Below are positions 1 through 9,787 of a stretch of 64,000 nucleotides of DNA, one piece after another. The position numbers were made by a program, and so were the translations under genes. Each line of letters begins with the position of its first letter. Position 1 is the first letter of the stretch. The DNA comes from Anaerolineae bacterium (GTDB lineage: Bacteria; Chloroflexota; Anaerolineae; Anaerolineales; UBA4823). The notes below the pieces were generated by a model. The model worked only from the letters and a program-made list of their open reading frames with translations. It did no database searches and was not told where the DNA came from. The stretch covers positions 60,965-124,964 of the forward strand of contig JBGOXS010000003.1 in the NCBI GenBank assembly GCA_041479245.1, written 5' to 3'.

Positions 1-1
1 G

Positions 2-85
2 CAGGAAGATGATTCCCCCGGCTACAAGCAGCCAGACAAGGGCGGTTACCAGTCCAAACCGTATGGGGGCACGTTTTTTGGTTGA
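2..85 (+). CDS. 3' end of a gene entering from the left edge (…QEDDSPGYKQPDKGGYQSKPYGGTFFG*)
   Basis: Open frame from position 2 to TGA 83-85, converging on the next gene; too short to identify. Confidence 0.4.
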   Translation, partial: QEDDSPGYKQPDKGGYQSKPYGGTFFG

Positions 86-100
86 CACAGGAAATAGCCT

Positions 101-1240
101 CTAATTCCTTACCCCCAGCCGGTTTGCGAGCAGTCTGGCAATCTCCTGAGCCGCTTCAGGGCGGGCGGCCTGGCAGCAAGCTTCAGCCGCCAGCTCGAGC
201 TGCTTGGGGTGGTTGATCCAGGCATGCAGGGCGCTGACGATATAGCTGGTTTTCGGCGCCCACAGCCCCACCCCCTCGGAGAGCACGTAATCCACATTGC
301 CATCTTCTTGACCCGGCAACCGGCTGTATAGGATGAGGGGTAGCCCGGCGTTAAGCGCCTCGGTGATGGTGCTCGGGCCTGCTTTCGTGACCAGGATATC
401 CGCCGCACGCATGAAGTCTGGCATCTCATAGACGAAACCGTAGATCAGGGTCTTCATCGGCCACTGCCGGGCATCCAGGCGTTCTTTGAGTTCCGCATTG
501 CGCCCGGCGACGACCACCAGGGTGATGGGCAGGTTGGCTTCGGCGATCGCCACTGCGGTTTTTTCAAGCGGCCCCATGCCCTCTCCACCGCCAACGAGCA
601 GCACAATAAGCTTGTCTTCAGGCCATCCCAACTTCTGACGTAGGGCATTTTTATCCCCGGTCGGCTGGCAAAAGCGGCTCGCCACAGGCAATCCAATGAT
701 TTTGACCTGTTCCGGCAGTAGACCCGACAGTAAGGCATGCTGGTAGGCAGCTTCTGTTGGCACCACGCATAAGTCCACCCCCTGGTGATACCATAAGGTA
801 TGACCGGTGATCAGATCTGTGACCACGGTGATGAAGGGTGGGCGATTCTTTCCCAGGGCATGCAGGAATGGGTCATTCGCCAGGGGGTGCACGGAGACGA
901 TCATATCTGCCGGGTAGCGGTTGATCACTTTTCGCAGCTTCCGCCGCACGTATGGGTAGGCACTCTTGACGAGCATCTTTGCCCGGCGATTGCCATCGCT
1001 GATGCGGTAGCCCAGCCCCCACATCTCAGGCACGCGCACCATATATGGGTACATTTTGGGGGCATAGTTTAGCGGGCGTGGGGCGGCATCCAGGAAGATA
1101 TCCACCATTTGAGTGCTGATGAGGTCGTCGAACTCAAGCTTTAGCGCCTCGATAATCGCTTCCGTGGAGCTGCGGTGGCCACCCCCGGTATCTGAGAATA
1201 AGAACAGGATGTGTGGTCGTTTGGAAGGAAGATCAGCCAT
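101..1240 (-). CDS. MGDG synthase / diacylglycerol glycosyltransferase (GT28, UgtP-like)
   Basis: [31 protein letters not shown] and PGQEDGN motifs. Confidence 0.9.
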   Translation of the reverse strand: MADLPSKRPHILFLFSDTGGGHRSSTEAIIEALKLEFDDLISTQMVDIFLDAAPRPLNYAPKMYPYMVRVPEMWGLGYRISDGNRRAKMLVKSAYPYVRRKLRKVINRYPADMIVSVHPLANDPFLHALGKNRPPFITVVTDLITGHTLWYHQGVDLCVVPTEAAYQHALLSGLLPEQVKIIGLPVASRFCQPTGDKNALRQKLGWPEDKLIVLLVGGGEGMGPLEKTAVAIAEANLPITLVVVAGRNAELKERLDARQWPMKTLIYGFVYEMPDFMRAADILVTKAGPSTITEALNAGLPLILYSRLPGQEDGNVDYVLSEGVGLWAPKTSYIVSALHAWINHPKQLELAAEACCQAARPEAAQEIARLLANRLGVRN

Positions 1241-1445
1241 TGGAGAAGCCGGGCGATTCAGCGTGGGGTGTTATGGTCTTCACCCTGCGTGCAAGCTGGC
1301 GGCGGGGCAGGAGTACCCGGTGCCCGCAGCTCAGGCATTCTATACCAATATCCGCACCTAGCCGGACGACTTTCCATTCATAACCCCCGCAGGGGTGTGG
1401 CTTGCGTAAACGAAGCACATCATCCAGCCGTAAATCGGGCAGCAT
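1233..1445 (-). CDS. DUF951 family protein
   Basis: LRKPHPCG…W…RLGADI…C..CGH.VLLPR signature. Confidence 0.9.
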   Translation of the reverse strand: MLPDLRLDDVLRLRKPHPCGGYEWKVVRLGADIGIECLSCGHRVLLPRRQLARRVKTITPHAESPGFSNG

Positions 1446-1451
1446 GAGGGC

Positions 1452-1490
1452 ATTATAACACGCAGGCCAAATACCCTTGGATGGTATAAT
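1452..1490. promoter_or_regulatory. Divergent extended -10 promoters (TGnTATAAT on both strands)
   Basis: Minus-strand TGTTATAAT (1452-1460) 6 nt before the ATG at 1445; plus-strand TGGTATAAT (1482-1490) before the AAGGAG RBS of 1514. Confidence 0.6.
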
Positions 1491-1513
1491 CCTGCCGAAG
1501 GAGACACCTGGCC

Positions 1514-2173
1514 TTGTTGAACATATTTAGCAATCCATCTGTGGTGATCACATATATCATCATTTTATTAACTGCCTTCCCGGTACACGAGTTTGCCCAT
1601 GCCTGGGTAGCCGATCGATTCGGAGATGATACACCCCGGGTGAACGGACGCCTGACGCTCAACCCTTTTGCTCACCTTGACCCGATCGGCACGATCATGA
1701 TGCTCCTGGTGGGTTTTGGATGGGCAAAACCAGTGCCTATAAACCCATACGCCCTGCAGAGGCGTTCGTCTGCAGCACCCATGCTGGTCTCGCTGGCAGG
1801 GCCTGCGTCGAATTTTTTAATGGCGATTATAGCTGCCATCTTTTTCCGAGTAGGCCTGGTTTCAAGCGCCGAGATTAATCAATCGACAGCGACCTTTCTT
1901 CCAAACGTAGCCACGTTTTTGAACACTTTCATCGAGATAAATTTATTATTGATGTTGTTCAATCTGATCCCCTTGTTCCCTTTAGACGGAGAGAAGGTGA
2001 TCCAATATTTTTTACCTCCTGCCGGAGTGAATTTTTTCGATAGAATTCGGCCTTACAGCCCGATAATCCTGATGGTGTTGTTGTTCGTATTGCCACAATT
2101 CGGATTCAACGTGATTGGTACGATCATCTTTCAACCCTTAGCCAGCATTTCCCATTTCTTGATCGGCGGATAA
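1514..2173 (+). CDS. Site-2 protease (M50 family)
   Basis: HEFAH, LAGPASN and [11 protein letters not shown] motifs; hydrophobic. Confidence 0.92.
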   Translation: MLNIFSNPSVVITYIIILLTAFPVHEFAHAWVADRFGDDTPRVNGRLTLNPFAHLDPIGTIMMLLVGFGWAKPVPINPYALQRRSSAAPMLVSLAGPASNFLMAIIAAIFFRVGLVSSAEINQSTATFLPNVATFLNTFIEINLLLMLFNLIPLFPLDGEKVIQYFLPPAGVNFFDRIRPYSPIILMVLLFVLPQFGFNVIGTIIFQPLASISHFLIGG

Positions 2174-2178
2174 AGGTT

Positions 2179-2715
2179 GTGCGCATCGTGTATCGTGTGC
2201 GCCAATTCTGGCGCATAATATCTTTAAAAACTGATCCCCAAAAGTTAGAGCAGGCGAAAGCTTTATTGACCGACGGGCAGTGGGTGCTATTTCAGCAGCT
2301 TCAGCCCGCTGAACAAAGCCATTCCCTGTCAATGTATGGCAAGCTGATCGAGCAGGGAGAGAGTCAATTTGATCTCTTGGTGGCAGCTCTGCTGCACGAT
2401 GTGGGCAAGCTGCGCCACAGAATGAACCCGGTTGAACGGACGATTGTGGTTCTGGCGAAGACGTTGGTACCGGCCCAGGCAGCGCGTTGGGGAATCCCTC
2501 CGTCCAATGGATGGGATCGGCTACCCGGTTGGAGGAAGGCGTTCATCGTAGCACGCAACCACGCCGAATGGGGCGCGCAGATGGCCCGAGAGGCTGAGGT
2601 GAGTCCCCTGACTGAAAGCCTGATCCGTAAACACCACGACCCGGCTTGCCAAGAAGCTGAAATCGCAGAAAACAGCTTGCTGCGTAAGCTTTGGCTGGTT
2701 GATAATGAAAGTTAG
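2179..2715 (+). CDS. HD-domain phosphohydrolase
   Basis: H…ALLHDVGK…HAEWGA…IRKHH…D. Confidence 0.85.
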   Translation: MRIVYRVRQFWRIISLKTDPQKLEQAKALLTDGQWVLFQQLQPAEQSHSLSMYGKLIEQGESQFDLLVAALLHDVGKLRHRMNPVERTIVVLAKTLVPAQAARWGIPPSNGWDRLPGWRKAFIVARNHAEWGAQMAREAEVSPLTESLIRKHHDPACQEAEIAENSLLRKLWLVDNES

Positions 2716-2727
2716 CTGAGGAAACAG

Positions 2728-3726
2728 ATGACCGTCAAGATCACCATCATCGGTACAGGCCAGATCGGGGCTTCCATTGGGCTGGCGCTGGGGGCTCACA
2801 AAGACCTGTTCCTGCGTATTGGGCACGATAAAGATCCTAAGATTGCCAAACGGGCGAAAGCCCTGGGCGCCGTGGATAAGGTGGAGCTCAATCTCTTCAA
2901 TGCTATCGACGATGCTGCCATTGTCGTCCTGGCGCTTCCCTTGGACCAAATCCATGAAACCCTCCAATTGATTGCCCAGGACCTGAAGGAAGACTGCGTC
3001 ATTATGGACACAGCCCCGGTGAAGGGCGAGGTCTTCAAGTGGGTGATGGAGCTGCTGCCGCCTCAACGCTATTACGTTGGTCTTGTTCCGGTGATCAACC
3101 CGGCATATCTATATGCCCCTGGCTTGGGCGTTGAAGCCGCGCGTGCCGACCTGTTCAAGGATGGCATAATCGCCATCCTCACTCCCAGTGATGTGCCATC
3201 GGAAGCGATCAAGCTGGCGACTGACTTCAGTCACCTGCTGGGAGCCGCGCACTTGTTTATCGACCAGCTTGAGCTCGATAGCATGATGTCCGCCATCCAT
3301 ATCCTGCCCCAACTGGTCTCGGTTGCCGTGGTGAACACCAGTGTGGATCAGCCAGGTTGGCAGGATGCCCGCAAGCTGACCGGTCGTCCATATGCTGCTG
3401 GTACCAGCGCTGTGGCTCAGTCTGGTGAGGTGACCAGCCTCTCCAGCCAGGCGATATCCACTCAGGAGCATCTGCTGCGGCGGATGGATGCCTTGATTGA
3501 CTATTTATCCATGCTGCGCCAGCAAATAGCTGCAGGCGAGGTTGAAAAACTGCAGCAAGACGTTGAGAAAGCCATGCACGGGCACGATAAGTGGCTCAAG
3601 GAGCGCACGGCTGCCAATTGGGCAGTTACTGAAATTGGACCGACCCCCGAGCTACCCACTGCAAGGCAGGTATTTACCCGCATGTTCACCTTTGGCGGCG
3701 GGCGCAAGCCGAAACCGCCGAAATAA
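2728..3726 (+). CDS. Prephenate/arogenate dehydrogenase (TyrA)-like protein with an altered active site
   Basis: IIGTGQIGASIG Rossmann motif, D.APVK, HILPQ; the canonical GHP motif is absent. Confidence 0.75.
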   Translation: MTVKITIIGTGQIGASIGLALGAHKDLFLRIGHDKDPKIAKRAKALGAVDKVELNLFNAIDDAAIVVLALPLDQIHETLQLIAQDLKEDCVIMDTAPVKGEVFKWVMELLPPQRYYVGLVPVINPAYLYAPGLGVEAARADLFKDGIIAILTPSDVPSEAIKLATDFSHLLGAAHLFIDQLELDSMMSAIHILPQLVSVAVVNTSVDQPGWQDARKLTGRPYAAGTSAVAQSGEVTSLSSQAISTQEHLLRRMDALIDYLSMLRQQIAAGEVEKLQQDVEKAMHGHDKWLKERTAANWAVTEIGPTPELPTARQVFTRMFTFGGGRKPKPPK

Positions 3727-3756
3727 ATATCATTTTCAAACCAAACGAGGGACCAT

Positions 3757-4941
3757 ATGACTGATAAACTGCAATGGATCCAGGATGAAATCCAAAAACT
3801 GAAAGATGACGGTTTATACAACCGCATCCGCACGCTGAGCAGCCCCCAGGGAGCCTGGCTGGTGGTGGATGGCAAACGCGTGCTCAACTTCTGCTCCAAT
3901 AATTACCTGGGGCTGGCTAACCATCCGCGCATCGTCGAAGCAGCCCAGGAGGCAGTACGAGAATACGGGGTAGGCCCTGCCGCAGTGCGCTCCATCGCCG
4001 GTACCATGGACTTGCACCTCGAGCTCGAACGCCGCCTGGCAGCATTCAAGGGGGTTCAAGCCGCCATCACCTTCCAATCGGGTTTTACTGCCAACTTGGG
4101 CACCATCCCTGCGCTGGTGGGCAAGGACGATGCCGTCTTCTCGGACGAGCTCAACCATGCCAGCATCATTGATGGTTGCCGGCTGAGTGGCGCCAAGATC
4201 ATCCGCTATACCCACTGCAACCCCGAGGATTTGAACCGCGTGTTAAGCGAAGAACGCGCTAAGTACCCGCGCGCCATGGTCATCACGGATGGGGTCTTCA
4301 GCATGGATGGAGACATCGCACCCCTGGATAAAATCTATGAAGTTTCCCAAAAGTATGAGACTATCCTGATGGTGGATGACGCACACGGCGAAGGCGTTAT
4401 CGGCAAGGGCGGGCGCGGCATAGTGGATCATTTCGGTCTGCATGGCAAGGTCGACGTTGAGATTGGCACGCTTTCCAAGGCTTTCGGCGTTGTGGGCGGC
4501 GTTTCCGCCGGCAATCCCGTAGTGGTCGAGTGGCTGCGCCAGCGCGGGCGCCCTTTCCTGTTTTCCTCCGCCATGACCGTCCCCGATGTGGCCGCTTGCC
4601 TGGCAGCATTGGATATCCTGGAAGGCTCGACGGAGCTGGTCGATAAGCTGTGGGACAACGCCCGCTACTTCAAATCTGAGATGCGCAAGCTGGGCTTTGA
4701 CACAGGGTTAAGCACCACCCCCATCACCCCCATCATGCTGGGTGAGGCCTCCTTGGCGCAACAGTTCAGCCGTGAGCTGTTTGAGAATGGATTGTTTGCC
4801 ATGTCGATCGGCTTCCCCACAGTCCCCAAGGGTAAAGCCCGCATTCGGGTGATGATTTCCGCCGCCCACAGCCGTGACGACCTGGATAAAGGTCTGGAGA
4901 TCTTTTCCGGCGTGGGTCGAAAATTGGGTGTGATTCAATAA
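3757..4941 (+). CDS. kbl: Glycine C-acetyltransferase / 8-amino-7-oxononanoate synthase family PLP enzyme
   Basis: [39 protein letters not shown] (PLP lysine), RPFLFS. Confidence 0.88.
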   Translation: MTDKLQWIQDEIQKLKDDGLYNRIRTLSSPQGAWLVVDGKRVLNFCSNNYLGLANHPRIVEAAQEAVREYGVGPAAVRSIAGTMDLHLELERRLAAFKGVQAAITFQSGFTANLGTIPALVGKDDAVFSDELNHASIIDGCRLSGAKIIRYTHCNPEDLNRVLSEERAKYPRAMVITDGVFSMDGDIAPLDKIYEVSQKYETILMVDDAHGEGVIGKGGRGIVDHFGLHGKVDVEIGTLSKAFGVVGGVSAGNPVVVEWLRQRGRPFLFSSAMTVPDVAACLAALDILEGSTELVDKLWDNARYFKSEMRKLGFDTGLSTTPITPIMLGEASLAQQFSRELFENGLFAMSIGFPTVPKGKARIRVMISAAHSRDDLDKGLEIFSGVGRKLGVIQ

Positions 4942-4965
4942 TCGTCAGGACGCAGATTGTACCAC

Positions 4966-5160
4966 GTAGGGGCGCAAGGGAGAAATCTTAAGGGATTCAG
5001 TTTAAATTATTCCCTTGCGCCAACCAGACCCGCTGATAATTAGGCGCAAAGCAGGAATCCCAAGTGTCCGATTTCAAATCCCTCCCCTGCGCTTCTACAG
5101 GGCGTCGCATCTGAGGGTAGTTACCCGGAATACCCCATATTCAAATCCTACTCCTACACC
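4966..5160. repeat. REP/REPIN-like inverted repeats upstream of the RAYT
   Basis: GTAGGGGCGCAAGGGA (4966) pairs with TCCCTTGCGCC (5011-5021); REP copy ATCCCTCCCCTGCGCTTCTAC at 5078-5098. Confidence 0.75.
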
Positions 5161-5203
5161 CATGCGGAAGCTTGATGAATTGGTGCTCCATAAGGTCTGA
5201 CCC

Positions 5204-5737
5204 GTGACTAATTATCGTCATTCCATCCGCCTAAAGGATTATGACTATTCGCTCGAAGGTGCTTATTTTGTAACTACCGTTACATATCGACGTGCATGCC
5301 TTTTCGGCAATATTGTCAATGGGATAATGGAGCTGAATCCATCCGGTGAGATCGCATTTGAACAATGGGTACAGTTAGGACAGCGTTTTCCCCAATCCAA
5401 TTTTTCTTCTTTTATAATAATGCCGAACCATATCCATGGGATTGTATTTTTGGTTAACGACGCAGACAAGAAAATCTGGATGAACCAAGACCAAATCCCT
5501 CACAACCACCACATTAGAAATAAGAATACTGCTATGGGTTCATTAGGCACTATTGTGCGGGCTTACAAAGCATCAGTCTCCTTTAGGATCAATGCAATGC
5601 GTGGATTTTCACATCCACCTGTTTGGCAGCGTAATTATTATGAGAAAATTATTCGTAATCAGGTGGAATATGAAAATATCTGGAAATACATTGATGCCAA
5701 TCCTGAGATGTGGGCAGAGGATCACTTACACAAATGA
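5204..5737 (+). mobile_element. REP-associated tyrosine transposase (RAYT; IS200/IS605 TnpA-like HUH Y1)
   Basis: RHSIRLKDYDYS, YFVT, MPNHIHGI (HUH), WQRNYYE.IIR and YI.ANP motifs; flanking GTAG/CTAC repeats. Confidence 0.92.
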
Positions 5738-5763
5738 CTGATTGCGAAGACATTTATTAACTT

Positions 5764-6026
5764 GTAGATGCGCAGGGGAGGGATCCCGAGTGCTGCATTT
5801 CATATCCCTCCCCTGCGCTCCTACAGGGAAAGTCGGCGGTTGGTTTTTGACCTGAAAGATGTAATCCCGAGAGCTGCACATCATATCCCTCCCCTGCGCT
5901 CCTACAGGGAAAGGCGGCGGTTGGGAAAATCACGGTCCGGTAGATACGCCTCTGGTCCGGTTGGTTTTTGACCTGAAAGATGTAATTCCGAGCGCAGCTT
6001 TACAAATCCCTCCTCTGCGCCTCTGC
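5764..6026. repeat. REPIN plus tandem REP-containing repeats downstream of the RAYT
   Basis: GTAGATGCGCAGGGGAGGGAT (5764-5784) is inverted to ATCCCTCCCCTGCGCTCCTAC (5804-5824); direct copies at 5885-5905 (81 bp later) and, degenerate, at 6006-6026. Confidence 0.9.
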
Positions 6027-6040
6027 CGTCTTATATCGAC

Positions 6041-6265
6041 TTATTCTTTAAACGGGTCGAACGTTGGGTTCGTGCCAGCCCAGATACAGCTTGGACGTCC
6101 ATCCAGATTGCAGGCTGTGCCGTGGCTGCAGCGATGCGCCAGGATGCGCGCCGGTTGGTCGGGCATCATATCGGGTGGGTAAACCACCTGCGCCTGCAAA
6201 TCAACCTTCTCGTCCACATGCTGGCAATATTGGATTTTCAAAGTTTCCCAGGTCTTTTCTGTCAT
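6041..6265 (-). CDS. Small Cys-rich hypothetical protein
   Basis: 74 aa with 4 Cys; GGAG RBS and a TATACT -10 upstream. Confidence 0.7.
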   Translation of the reverse strand: MTEKTWETLKIQYCQHVDEKVDLQAQVVYPPDMMPDQPARILAHRCSHGTACNLDGRPSCIWAGTNPTFDPFKE

Positions 6266-6381
6266 AATTCTGCTCCGGTCAGTGGTTAGTATACCTTGAA
6301 CTCAGGGGATGGCAAAGAGGTTTATTAATCCTCATTCATACGCAAGAAGCGTCACAGCACACTGGAGCTTTGCTCTCTGCC

Positions 6382-7371
6382 TTAGCTGTGTTCTGATGTA
6401 CTGTCCAGCGGCACTTCCACCTCCTTGAGCAGCTCCCTCACCACCTCCTCGGTGGTCTCGCCGCTCAATGCATTTTCCGGGTTCATCATCATGCGGTGCG
6501 CCAGGCAGGCTACTGCCACATGCTTAACGTCATCGGGGATGACGTAATCCCTACCACGCAAGGCAGCAAGCGCCTGTGCCGTGTGGAACAAAGCCAGGCT
6601 GCCGCGCGGGCTGGCCCCCAGCGACAGAGCGGGGTGATCACGCGTACTGTTCACCAGGTTCAGAATGTATCGCCTGATGCTTTCGACCACATTCACCTGC
6701 CTCACCTGCTGTTGCAGCCCAGGCAGTCTCGCCGCATCCACCGCTTGATTCAGGCTGTCAATGGGATGGGATAGCTGCTGCATTCGCAACATCGCATCTT
6801 CACTGGGCTGGTCGGGGTAACCGAGGCTGATCTTCAGCAGGAAGCGGTCCATTTGAGCCTCGGGCAGTGGGAAGGTGCCTTCGAACTCGATCGGGTTCTG
6901 GGTCGCCAGCAGCAAGAACGGTTTGGCGAGTGGATAGGTCATGCCATCTACCGTGACCTGCCCCTCACCCATTGCCTCCAGGAGTGCGCTTTGCGTGCGC
7001 GGCGTAGCCCGGTTGATCTCATCGGCCAGCAGCAGGTTGGTGAACACCGGTCCAGGTCGAAACTCAAATTGGCGGGTTTTTTGGTTGAATATTGAGACAC
7101 CCGTCACATCGTTGGGCAATAAGTCGGGAGTGCATTGTACCCGCTTGAACTCCAACCCCGTAGTGATTGCAACCGCCCTTGCCAGCATAGTCTTGCCTGT
7201 TCCGGGAGCGTCCTCGATCAAAACATGCCCTTCACACAACAGGGCGATCAACACCAGTTCAATCACCGGGCGCTTTCCAACAATGACCTTCTCAACGTTG
7301 TTGATTACCTCCTCAGCAAAATTGCGGATGTCATTGGTTACGGCTCCATACGTATCATTTTCTGCTGGCAT
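6382..7371 (-). CDS. MoxR family AAA+ ATPase
   Basis: GHVLIEDAPGTGKT, TPDLLP.D, LLADEINRA.PRTQSALLEAM, ATQNP, LPEAQMDRF; start moved to ATG 7371 behind AGGAG. Confidence 0.95.
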   Translation of the reverse strand: MPAENDTYGAVTNDIRNFAEEVINNVEKVIVGKRPVIELVLIALLCEGHVLIEDAPGTGKTMLARAVAITTGLEFKRVQCTPDLLPNDVTGVSIFNQKTRQFEFRPGPVFTNLLLADEINRATPRTQSALLEAMGEGQVTVDGMTYPLAKPFLLLATQNPIEFEGTFPLPEAQMDRFLLKISLGYPDQPSEDAMLRMQQLSHPIDSLNQAVDAARLPGLQQQVRQVNVVESIRRYILNLVNSTRDHPALSLGASPRGSLALFHTAQALAALRGRDYVIPDDVKHVAVACLAHRMMMNPENALSGETTEEVVRELLKEVEVPLDSTSEHS

Positions 7372-7381
7372 TGTGCATCTC

Positions 7382-9787
7382 CTATTCAAGCGGCGGGAAG
7401 GGTTCCTCAGGTTGATTGGGAAACCATTGCCGGAATCTGTCTTGGTATGAATTCCAAATTTCAATTATCCCCATCAGGCGCAGCCACCAGCGCAAGGATC
7501 TCCACTGGTGAATCAATTCAGTTGTAGCCTCCGTTTTTGTGGGCGATGGGCGGTAGCTCAGCAGCACGATCTGTCTGATGATCTCCTGGCATGCAGATAC
7601 AATATGGACTGCTGCTGACGCCAGCCACCTATGATCGGTGATTTCTGTGATACGCCCTGCGAGAGAGGCACCAAACTCGTATGGGGTTTCACCTCCGTCC
7701 ATGGGAGCATTCAAAAGCTTGCCATAACGTCTCAGCCTGCGGTAAACCTCTTTGGCAGCCTGCAGGGGATTCGAACGTTGTAAATAAATCTCATTGGCAA
7801 TGATCCACAAAAAGATGATCGCAGCCACCCCAACAACCAGGAACAATTCCAGATATTTCCCCAAGTGGCCAAAGCCCGTTCCGCTGCTTTTGGTCGGCAC
7901 AAGCGGAACGCTCGAGGCAGGGGTCGCGGCTGGCAATAACTGTCCGGTTCGGTTTATCGCCGGCAGCCCGGCGGTTGGCTCGAAAGATACCCAACCGGTA
8001 CTCGGGAAATATACCTCCACCCACGAGTGCGCATCGGCCTGGGTAACGATGAAGCGCCTTGAAAATTCGTTATATATGCCGCTGGCGTAACCGATGGCAA
8101 GCCTGGCGGGGATGCCCGCCGCCCGCGCCAGCACCACCATAGACGAAGCATAATAGTCGCAGTATCCCTTTCGCAGGTCAAACAGGAAATAATCTACCAG
8201 GTCCTGGTTGGCCGGTGGGCGTGGCACATCCAGGGTGTACGGAAATTTCCGCAGGTACTGTTCGATGGCGTGTGCCCGGTCATAAGGGGTCGGCTCGGTA
8301 GCGGTGAGCTGGATGGCCAATTGCTTGACCCGCGTGGGAACCTCCGGCAGCAGAGCAAGGTATCGCTGGGTGATCCAGCGGGGATAATCCTGCCCGGAGC
8401 CACGCAGCGTGTTTTCATCGATGACCGGAACCAGGGATTGGATATCGAAGGCAGTGCTTGAGGCCTGGATGCCGAAAAGGTCATTGGAGGAGCGCCAGGC
8501 TGCGCTGCTGGGTATGCTGAGAGACACTGGTTCTCCCGCCGCATAGATCGAGCCACCGAACCCAGTTACCTCATTCACCGATTCTTGAATTAGGACATGC
8601 CCCGCCAGCTGGTCTGGTTGGAGCGCCTGGTCTGGTTGTAAGGGCTGTTGGTCGGTGGCGCTTGATTTCCAGCCGTGCCCGGTGTAGACGTCGTAGGTGA
8701 AGCTGCGCCAGTATAGTGGGGGCAGCTGGCCCGCCTGTAGGAGTGAAGCCAGGTCATTCACCTTCACCGACATCACCTGCTCGCCAGAAAGCTCCGGACC
8801 GCTGCCGATCAGCAGCTCACGGGGTAGCCCCGGGCTGCGCAAGGTGCTGAAGGGGTCGGGTGTGGGGGTAGCAGCAGGCACAATTCCCAAAGACTTCGCC
8901 AGCCCGCTTTCTCCTTGATTGGAAGATCGTCTGGTCTCGGTGCTCCGCGTGAGGATTCGCTGGAGTGAAAGTGATGAAAAGGCTGCCGAAAGCACCACCA
9001 GGACGATGGCGAGGATCAGTGATATCCTGCCTATCTCACGACTTTTGTGCTCGGGGTAGGCAACTTTGGATTTATTCCATCCTTGCTCTCGCTGGTCGTA
9101 ATGCACCACCCCGATGAGCACCAGGGTCACCCCCAGGGTGAGATAGATCGAGGGCGAGTTATTTCGACCATAAGAGAGGGTGATCAAATTCAAAAGTAGG
9201 GCGGGTAGCACTGCCAGGAGGGCATTCCCGATGGCTTCCACCACCCAGCCTGCCCATGCCGACACCAGCCATACCAGAAAGCTCCACACACATCCGGCTG
9301 CTACAGGATCGAAGCTGGCCTGTCCCGTGCGTAGATCACTAAGCCATGCTGCCACCCGTCCCAGCACTACCCCGGTGGAAATAAATACCTGCTGCACAGA
9401 TATAGTGAGAGGGGTGAGGTCAAGCCCTTTGAATTTTAGGGTTGATAGGAAAATGCCAGCCAGCCGGAAGATCTCTGCAAACACCAGAATAACTTTTTCG
9501 TTCAACCCGCCGGCGTACAGAAGGCTGAGCAGCAGCCCGAGCAAGGTCACTACTAGGGCCGAGCGCCAGGCCGGCCAGCGAAAGATGGCGAGCAGCCAAC
9601 CGAGCAGCAGCCCGAACAATAGGCTTTGCCATAATGAGGCCCAATCCGGACCGGTCAGCACCACCGACACTCCAGCCGCAGCAGCGGTTAGCAGGATAAA
9701 CAGCAGCAGCAGGGTGACGAATTTCTCGGCTCTCCTGGCTCGTCTAACAGCGGCATCCAGGGAGCGCTTCAATCCATACTCTGCCAA
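7382..9787 (-). CDS. Membrane transglutaminase-like protein (TgpA/DUF3488-DUF4129 type)
   Basis: N-terminal TM helices; GYCDYYA, ARLAIGY, DAHSWVEVY, FEPT. Confidence 0.9.
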   Translation of the reverse strand: MAEYGLKRSLDAAVRRARRAEKFVTLLLLFILLTAAAAGVSVVLTGPDWASLWQSLLFGLLLGWLLAIFRWPAWRSALVVTLLGLLLSLLYAGGLNEKVILVFAEIFRLAGIFLSTLKFKGLDLTPLTISVQQVFISTGVVLGRVAAWLSDLRTGQASFDPVAAGCVWSFLVWLVSAWAGWVVEAIGNALLAVLPALLLNLITLSYGRNNSPSIYLTLGVTLVLIGVVHYDQREQGWNKSKVAYPEHKSREIGRISLILAIVLVVLSAAFSSLSLQRILTRSTETRRSSNQGESGLAKSLGIVPAATPTPDPFSTLRSPGLPRELLIGSGPELSGEQVMSVKVNDLASLLQAGQLPPLYWRSFTYDVYTGHGWKSSATDQQPLQPDQALQPDQLAGHVLIQESVNEVTGFGGSIYAAGEPVSLSIPSSAAWRSSNDLFGIQASSTAFDIQSLVPVIDENTLRGSGQDYPRWITQRYLALLPEVPTRVKQLAIQLTATEPTPYDRAHAIEQYLRKFPYTLDVPRPPANQDLVDYFLFDLRKGYCDYYASSMVVLARAAGIPARLAIGYASGIYNEFSRRFIVTQADAHSWVEVYFPSTGWVSFEPTAGLPAINRTGQLLPAATPASSVPLVPTKSSGTGFGHLGKYLELFLVVGVAAIIFLWIIANEIYLQRSNPLQAAKEVYRRLRRYGKLLNAPMDGGETPYEFGASLAGRITEITDHRWLASAAVHIVSACQEIIRQIVLLSYRPSPTKTEATTELIHQWRSLRWWLRLMGIIEIWNSYQDRFRQWFPNQPEEPFPPLE

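Noticed and set aside
5764-6026. CRISPR array
   Set aside because: The intervening sequences are themselves repeated rather than unique spacers, there are no cas genes, and the repeats fit REP/RAYT
5015-6182. Short ORFs 5015-5200, 5768-5971 and 5961-6182 with IPPLR repeats
   Set aside because: These are translations of the REP repeats, with no coding evidence
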